64,000 nt of DNA from a virus (Duplodnaviria; Caudoviricetes), in the IMG/VR virus record IMGVR_UViG_2974541498_000001, positions 64,001-128,000 of that record; one strand, written 5' to 3'. A program made the position numbers and the translations under genes. The notes below the pieces were generated by a model. The model searched no databases. It saw nothing but the letters and a program-made list of their open reading frames with translations, and was not told where the DNA came from. Of this stretch, positions 58,423 to 64,000 are shown in pieces. Numbering within the stretch: the first letter of the stretch is position 1; the number at the start of each line of letters is the position of its first letter.

Positions 58423-59709
58423 ATGGCAAAAAGTTCAGAAGAAATTAAAGTAGCTAAAGATTTAGGGTTTTCTTTAGTATCTGATAGTAACTATGCACAC
58501 GTTGACGACTTCATACCAACATTTTTACCACAAATTGATAAGATTATGGGTGGAGGAATTCCTTTACAGCGTATCTCAGAAGTATATTCTCCAGAAGGAG
58601 TAGGAAAGTCTACTTTTATGATTGAATTAACTAAGGCTTGCTCTTTGCTTGGAGTTAAAACATTCTATATTGATGGTGAAGGAACTGCTGATAGAGTTCG
58701 ATTTGAAGAGCTTGGTGTAGATCCATCAAATACTTTTGTTGCTTCTCCCAACGAAGGAGAACAAATGACGATTGAATTCGCCGCACAACGTCTAGAAAAA
58801 GTTATTGATAGCTTTACTGGTAGTAAGGAACCTCTTGTAATTATTATGGATTCTATTGGAGGAATTCCCGCTAAAGGTGAATTAGATTTAGATGCTGACG
58901 AGGAAGGCCAACGGGGAATGAAAGCAAAAGCAGTTACCCGAATGGTTACTAAATTAAATGCTAAAGTAAAAGATGCAAATGTAGCAGTTATATTTATTAA
59001 TCAGGTTAGAGATAATCAAAATAAGAAAGGAAAATTTGATGTTGATACTATCCGACCGGGTGGACGTGCGTTATCCTTTGCCGACAGTCTACGAATAGAA
59101 TTAAGAGCAGGATCTAAATACTGGGCAGGAACTGGTACTGATAGAGAATACGAAGGGCATATTCTTAGAGTTGTTATTGATAAGTCTAAGGTTAATCGGC
59201 CCCATCAAAAGAGGGAGACTTCTATATTTGCGGGTGCTCCTAGAAATACTACAACAATTACTAATGAAAAATATCAAGAAATGGACCCTAGTTTTGTTCC
59301 CGAATTAGAAAGTAATCCTAAAGACCCTATTCCATTTGTTCTAGATGGTATTGATTATGAGTATAACTTATTTCAAGAAGGATTTGCTCAAGATATTCTA
59401 AGCAAGGTTCATCGAGGATATGTTACTATGATTGATCCAAATACTGGAGAGGAACTATATAAGGAACGAGAAAATGATTTCCTGTTTTTACTAAAAAAGA
59501 ATTATAAAGGAATTCGTAAACAATTGTTTGAATTTGTTCTATTAGCAAACTTTCCAGAAAACTTTCCACCATTAGATAATAAGAATGTTAATGTAACCGC
59601 TTGGCCGGATATGAAAGATATTCAAAAAATCTATAAGCAAGTTCATAAGGATAAGCTATTAAGGGAAAAAGAAGCTAAGGAGGCTAAGTCTGATGCCTCT
59701 AGCAAATAA
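58423..59709 (+). CDS. recA: RecA/UvsX-like recombinase
   Basis: GGGIP..R.SEVY...GVGKST, IDGEG, DSIG, FINQVR, PGGRAL. Confidence 0.93.
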   Translation: MAKSSEEIKVAKDLGFSLVSDSNYAHVDDFIPTFLPQIDKIMGGGIPLQRISEVYSPEGVGKSTFMIELTKACSLLGVKTFYIDGEGTADRVRFEELGVDPSNTFVASPNEGEQMTIEFAAQRLEKVIDSFTGSKEPLVIIMDSIGGIPAKGELDLDADEEGQRGMKAKAVTRMVTKLNAKVKDANVAVIFINQVRDNQNKKGKFDVDTIRPGGRALSFADSLRIELRAGSKYWAGTGTDREYEGHILRVVIDKSKVNRPHQKRETSIFAGAPRNTTTITNEKYQEMDPSFVPELESNPKDPIPFVLDGIDYEYNLFQEGFAQDILSKVHRGYVTMIDPNTGEELYKERENDFLFLLKKNYKGIRKQLFEFVLLANFPENFPPLDNKNVNVTAWPDMKDIQKIYKQVHKDKLLREKEAKEAKSDASSK

Positions 59710-59962
59710 AGTGGAACCTTTTCAACAATATATTGATAAGTTAAATAAATATAAAGAGTCACAAAAAGAAGTATTAGTCGAAAATAGAGATCAGAAATAT
59801 ACACATTCTGATGTTATTAGGATTACCTATGTTGGCAATAGATTTGCTTTAGGTGAAACGGTTGATTATGGAATTCCCTATACACTTAACTACGCAGATA
59901 TGTATGCTAATAAGGGAAACACACTAAAAGTTAGATATAGAGACGAGGTTTTCGATGAATAA
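59693..59962 (+). CDS. hypothetical protein
   Basis: RFALG...PYT.NYAD motif; conserved between recA and sigma factor. Confidence 0.75.
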   Translation: MPLANKVEPFQQYIDKLNKYKESQKEVLVENRDQKYTHSDVIRITYVGNRFALGETVDYGIPYTLNYADMYANKGNTLKVRYRDEVFDE

Positions 59963-60848
59963 TTATTTACCAAGAGATTCTGAAAACTTACTAAAGAAAT
60001 ATAAACCATTAATTGATTCCACTTATGCTAGATATAAATATTTATTTACAAATACTATTGGATCGGAATCTTATATGCAGGGGGCTGAAGGCTCTCAAAA
60101 CAGAGAAATTCCTAATAAGTATGCCCAAGAAGATTTATATAGTTATATTTCAGAGCAATTTATTAAACTTATTAAGGAGTATGACCCTAATGGGGGTGTT
60201 GACTTACCTGGGTATTTAGCTAGTAAATTGCCTAGAAGAGTATTAGGATCTTATATTCATGGTAGAAGTAGAGATAGGCAACGAGAGAGTGTTTCCTATG
60301 AAAGCAATGGAATAGAAACTGCTATGGCTACTACTCCTTCGGTTGATAATAGTAGTGTTGTTCAAATTGTTCAATTAGTTGAAGGCGATCTTGAAACTCC
60401 TATGGATAAATATATTTTTAATCTATTAACGAGTAAGAATGAAGATTTAACTAAGACGGAAATGTATCATAGAGTTCTATCAGCATTCCCTGGTATAAAG
60501 AAATCGGAGTATACTGAGCGTCTTGACTATATTAAAGGTAGAGTTTCAGAAGAGATTTATGATAATCATTTGCGTTTATTTGGTAGTTATTCTAATAATG
60601 CCTATGCTAATAGTACGGGAACTTTGAAAAGAACCGACAGGGTCACACACAAGAAAGACAACCTAGATTATTTGCCAACGGCATCTGTTACTTCTATTAC
60701 TAAAGTATCTTTAAATGATGCTGTATTTACTAAGGATGTAGATTATTCATATGAGGGCAAAGGAATTATTAAATGGATCTCTTCAAATAGACCAAAGGTT
60801 GGAGAAAAATATGTTGTAGATTATATGTATAGATATTCTAGTGAATAG
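59955..60848 (+). CDS. phage RNA polymerase sigma factor with extra C-terminal beta-domain
   Basis: L..KY.PLI, EDL.SYI.EQFIKL.KEYDP...VD.PGY...KL..R region-2 motif; synteny. Confidence 0.85.
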   Translation: MNNYLPRDSENLLKKYKPLIDSTYARYKYLFTNTIGSESYMQGAEGSQNREIPNKYAQEDLYSYISEQFIKLIKEYDPNGGVDLPGYLASKLPRRVLGSYIHGRSRDRQRESVSYESNGIETAMATTPSVDNSSVVQIVQLVEGDLETPMDKYIFNLLTSKNEDLTKTEMYHRVLSAFPGIKKSEYTERLDYIKGRVSEEIYDNHLRLFGSYSNNAYANSTGTLKRTDRVTHKKDNLDYLPTASVTSITKVSLNDAVFTKDVDYSYEGKGIIKWISSNRPKVGEKYVVDYMYRYSSE

Positions 60849-60850
60849 AG

Positions 60851-61477
60851 ATGTTTATTTTGAGAAAGTCTAATGAAGCAGTTAAAGAAGATTTATCACC
60901 ATTAATTGAGGAGGCCATTATTGAGGTGGAAAAAGAAGAGTTAAAGGGTACTCAGACGGAAAATATTCCAGATAAGGTAACGATTAAAGTAGGAAATACA
61001 GAAACTACGGTAGATACTGATTTACCTAGTAAGTATAAGGCGGCAATTCCCTATATCGTTATTTTGATTTCTTGGGTAATTACTTTTGTTACTACTAAGT
61101 TTGGTTGGAAATTTCCGGGAACAAGTGAAGATATCACTACTTGGGTTACTTTATTAGTTTCCTTTGCATTAAGTATCTACGGAACTTGGCGGGATAATCC
61201 AATTACTAAGAAGGGCCAGTTCTTATCTATAATTGGTAAAGAACTAGAAGGATTATTGGGATCTATTGAGGGGCACACTAAGCCTACGACAGTATCCCCT
61301 AAGACTGCTGAAGAAACTACAGTGGAACCAACAACTGTTGAAGAAACTACAGTGGAACCAACAACTGTTGAAGAAACTACAGTAGCTCCTACGACTGTTG
61401 AAGAAACTACAGTAGCCCCCACGACAGTAGAACCAACAACCGTTGATGAAACTACAGTAAATGTTAAACAGGCATAA
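60851..61477 (+). CDS. holin-like membrane protein with T/E/P-rich repeat tail
   Basis: two TM segments, YGTWRDNPITKKG motif; EETTVEPTTV repeats. Confidence 0.75.
   Translation: MFILRKSNEAVKEDLSPLIEEAIIEVEKEELKGTQTENIPDKVTIKVGNTETTVDTDLPSKYKAAIPYIVILISWVITFVTTKFGWKFPGTSEDITTWVTLLVSFALSIYGTWRDNPITKKGQFLSIIGKELEGLLGSIEGHTKPTTVSPKTAEETTVEPTTVEETTVEPTTVEETTVAPTTVEETTVAPTTVEPTTVDETTVNVKQA
61310..61460 (+). repeat. 30-bp tandem repeats encoding EETTV(E/A)PTTV
   Basis: GAAGAAACTACAGT.G..CC.AC.ACTGTT units. Confidence 0.9.
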
Positions 61478-61506
61478 TAGAATAAGCAACATATATTATT
61501 AAAAAT

Positions 61507-61533
61507 TAGGACACTACGATTAGTGTCCTTTTT
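61507..61533 (+). terminator. rho-independent terminator
   Basis: AGGACACTA-cgat-TAGTGTCCTTTTT. Confidence 0.85.
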
Positions 61534-61595
61534 CTATTGTCTAAATTATAAGTGAGGGAACAAAGTAAACTACTATAAAAGAGAGGTAAAATTCA

Positions 61596-62153
61596 ATGGC
61601 AAGTATTAATGTAAATGATTATTTAACTGGGGCAAAGACAGTCCCCTTAGATGGAAAGTATTTAATAGCAAAAACGAGAGATGATGGATTTACTGGAACT
61701 TGGGCAGGAAATTATATTTATAAAGTCCAAAAGTCGGGCAATAACTATTATGTAATTGAACAAAAGTGGGACTTTGATAAGCTAGCATGGGTAGACAAGG
61801 ATGCTCCTATTATTAGATACGATGGGACTACTCTATTTTTTGCTACTAATACGCATATCGATCCATATAATGGGAGTGTCGGCAACTATAAAACAGTTAC
61901 TCCAGATAAGGTAGAACATAATATTGTATTAGCTTTCTTGGCTTTCATTGCTGATGAGTTTGCTAATGCTAACTATGATGTCTTCCTAACTCATGATAAC
62001 TTTATTGATGACGAACTTGTTTCTAAAGTAAATCCTAGTTCGGGTACTACAGTTAAGCCAACAACGGTAGCTCCAACTACAGTTAAACCAACTACAGTGG
62101 CACCCACAACGGTAGCCCCAACTACAGTTAAACCAACTACAGTTAAACCATAA
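61596..62153 (+). CDS. putative virion decoration protein with C-terminal TTV(K/A)P repeats
   Basis: late-type motif CTAAATTATA upstream; position of herellevirus tail/head decoration genes; 7 x TTVxP. Confidence 0.7.
   Translation: MASINVNDYLTGAKTVPLDGKYLIAKTRDDGFTGTWAGNYIYKVQKSGNNYYVIEQKWDFDKLAWVDKDAPIIRYDGTTLFFATNTHIDPYNGSVGNYKTVTPDKVEHNIVLAFLAFIADEFANANYDVFLTHDNFIDDELVSKVNPSSGTTVKPTTVAPTTVKPTTVAPTTVAPTTVKPTTVKP
62046..62150 (+). repeat. 15-bp tandem repeat x7 encoding TTV(K/A)P
   Basis: AC.AC.GT.(AAR/GC.)CC. units. Confidence 0.9.
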
Positions 62154-62168
62154 TAATAGGGGGCTAAT

Positions 62169-63146
62169 ATGGAAAAGAAGGTTAACTATATTTTCTGTGA
62201 CCCCCAAGAATATCGGTTTTATTGGCAGGAACTTAATTATGTTAGGAATCTTATAGATATTGGTGTTTCTACAGATAACATCTATATACTAAATATAAAA
62301 AATAATGAAGATTATGCTCAAAACATTGTTAATCATTTTCCGGGGGTTCACTTATTTGAATTTGAGGATAAGCGAGATCGTGCAGGGAAGCAGTATGCGG
62401 CAACGCTAAAGCCTTGGCTGATGTGGCAATTCTTTGAGTTCTTCCCCGATAAAAAGGATGATGTATTTTTCTATACAGATTCTGACATTATTCTAAGCAA
62501 AAAAATAGAAGTTCCTGATGATTTAGATATCCACCACTGGTATGGATCAGATTGTAATTCATATTTAGGGATTGAATATATAAATAGCAAGAATTACCAA
62601 GACTCTAATTTGCTGTCTGAGATGACTAGCAGTATCGGTTTAGATGAATCGTGGGTTATTAGTCACGATGATGCTTCTATTGGGGCACAATACCTTATGA
62701 CAGGGTTATCTGCTACGTACTGGAAGGATGTATATGATTCTTCCATAGCATTGAAAAAATACCTAGATAGCATTGAACCTAGATATTTAAAAAAGTATAA
62801 AAAGTATAATCTAGACATTGATAATCCAATACAAAAATGGTGTGCAGAAATGTGGGCTACTTTATGGGTTATGGGAAAGCATGGCATTACCCCGAAAGTG
62901 TCAGATAATCTTAAATTTTGCTGGATTGACTGGAAACTAAGTGATTGGACCTCAGGAAAGTATTCTATTATGCATGATGCTGGAGTTACTTCTAGTGATA
63001 ATGGTATATTTTATAAGTATGACTATGCAAATAAGGATATATTTAAGGATATGCCTAACTTGCTAAATAGATTAGATAAGGGAAAATGTGGTTATGCTTA
63101 TGCTTTAGAATTGAATAAGACAGGAAAAAGAATTAAGGCTATATAA
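62169..63146 (+). CDS. GT-A fold glycosyltransferase, candidate protein O-glycosyltransferase
   Basis: KPWL..QF, FYTDSDII (DxD), GAQY, W.AEMWA and late H motifs. Confidence 0.7.
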   Translation: MEKKVNYIFCDPQEYRFYWQELNYVRNLIDIGVSTDNIYILNIKNNEDYAQNIVNHFPGVHLFEFEDKRDRAGKQYAATLKPWLMWQFFEFFPDKKDDVFFYTDSDIILSKKIEVPDDLDIHHWYGSDCNSYLGIEYINSKNYQDSNLLSEMTSSIGLDESWVISHDDASIGAQYLMTGLSATYWKDVYDSSIALKKYLDSIEPRYLKKYKKYNLDIDNPIQKWCAEMWATLWVMGKHGITPKVSDNLKFCWIDWKLSDWTSGKYSIMHDAGVTSSDNGIFYKYDYANKDIFKDMPNLLNRLDKGKCGYAYALELNKTGKRIKAI

Positions 63147-63158
63147 TTAGCCTTTTTT
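63136..63158 (+). terminator. rho-independent terminator
   Basis: AAGGCTA-tataat-TAGCCTTTTT. Confidence 0.8.
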
Positions 63159-63183
63159 CTTTACATATTTTTAATAGATTCCC

Positions 63184-63212
63184 TTGAGTAATTACTAAAT
63201 CGGTGGTATAAT
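63184..63212 (+). promoter_or_regulatory. sigma-A-type promoter
   Basis: TTGAGT-17nt-TATAAT with TG. Confidence 0.7.
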
Positions 63213-63237
63213 TTAATTATTAAATCAGATGGAGTGA

Positions 63238-63582
63238 TTGAATATGTTTAAGAAATTACACAAGGGGTATCGAAGCTCTATCAATAGCCGATTAAAGACT
63301 TTCACTAATAATTTTAATCACCCTATTCATCATAAGAGAAAACCTAATAATGAAGTTTGCGCCTATTATTTCGTAGCTTATTTATCTAATAAAGGAAAAG
63401 TATTTATTACAGCATATAGTAATAATAACTATAGTATTAATCAAATTAGAAGCAAATGTGCTTCAAATAAAGGTAAATTAGTTGATGTTAAAATATTATT
63501 ACTCAAGGATGCTCAAAACTATTCACGGCAATTACAGAATAAATTAAAAGATATTCCATTTAAGGATATCAAAGTTGTTTGA
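63238..63582 (+). CDS. basic hypothetical protein
   Basis: ORF with GGAG RBS downstream of promoter. Confidence 0.65.
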   Translation: MNMFKKLHKGYRSSINSRLKTFTNNFNHPIHHKRKPNNEVCAYYFVAYLSNKGKVFITAYSNNNYSINQIRSKCASNKGKLVDVKILLLKDAQNYSRQLQNKLKDIPFKDIKVV

Positions 63583-63660
63583 CTCTGGTGCAATTAAAGC
63601 GGAGTAGCTAATCTAGTAAATAATAACTCTATGATTTAGCAATCTTAGGGTTATTTTTAC

Positions 63661-63689
63661 TTTACAAAAAATTAAATACATGCTATAAT
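63661..63689 (+). promoter_or_regulatory. sigma-A-type promoter
   Basis: TTTACA-17nt-TATAAT with TG. Confidence 0.75.
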
Positions 63690-63709
63690 ACAGTAAGTGA
63701 GGTGATTAT

Positions 63710-64000
63710 GTGAACTTTATTGTAGGAATAAAGTCCTTAGACTTAGAAATACTAAATAATGTACTATATAAAAATAAGAAATTTCATGTATTTATATCCT
63801 ATAATTATAAAGATTTTTTATTATCAATTGAAAATATAAAGGACACTATTAGTCTAGGAGACACTGTAATTATATATAACAATTTTCCTATGAATAGCTA
63901 TAATGATGATTTGAAAAGCATTAGTAATCTTGCAGAAATTAAATATTTTAGTAATTGGCATAACTCTACTGAAATAAATGATAATCATTCTGATGCTTTC
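63710..64000 (+). CDS. partial hypothetical protein, runs off the window
   Basis: GAGGTG RBS, GTG start, open to the end. Confidence 0.65.
   Translation, partial: MNFIVGIKSLDLEILNNVLYKNKKFHVFISYNYKDFLLSIENIKDTISLGDTVIIYNNFPMNSYNDDLKSISNLAEIKYFSNWHNSTEINDNHSDAF

Noticed and set aside
61177-62207. Antisense ORFs and possible CRISPR-like arrays in the PTTV repeats
   Set aside because: Tandem coding repeats without unique spacers; no cas genes
63583-63660. Possible tRNA or small RNA in the intergenic region
   Set aside because: No cloverleaf or T-loop; the long imperfect hairpin with T run fits a terminator. No tRNA was recognised anywhere in the window

Overview
64 kb from a large, AT-rich contractile-tailed phage of the Herelleviridae (SPO1/Twort/A511-like). 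The host is probably a Lactobacillaceae member, inferred from the nucleoside deoxyribosyltransferase, deoxynucleoside kinase, Gtf3-like glycosyltransferase and a Lactobacillus-type IS605 end. Order: minus-strand nucleotide salvage genes (1-1222); head module (portal, protease, scaffold, capsid); neck, sheath, tube, chaperones, tape measure, tail lysin, spike and baseplate (to ~35.1 kb); an inverted plasmid-type Rep gene; then the replication/transcription module (intein-containing helicase, DnaB, SbcCD, primase, resolvase, HU, Pol A, SSB, RecA, sigma factor) and holin/decoration genes. Best candidates for novelty: (1) a phage-encoded protein O-glycosylation system, with a shared mucin-like PTTV tag on at least four unrelated proteins, a GT-A glycosyltransferase right after the tagged genes and a Gtf3-like enzyme elsewhere; (2) a sigma factor fused to a domain copied from the baseplate/fibre protein; (3) an orphan IS200/IS605 omegaRNA-like module with its own promoter, heading a repeat-flanked methyltransferase cassette that also has an overlapping beta-subunit-like ORF; (4) a plasmid-type replication initiator in a nominally lytic phage; (5) a +1 UUU_CGA frameshift in the tail chaperone and a hairpin-bridged RBS for SSB. 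Family assignments come from motif recognition and synteny only; no searches were run.
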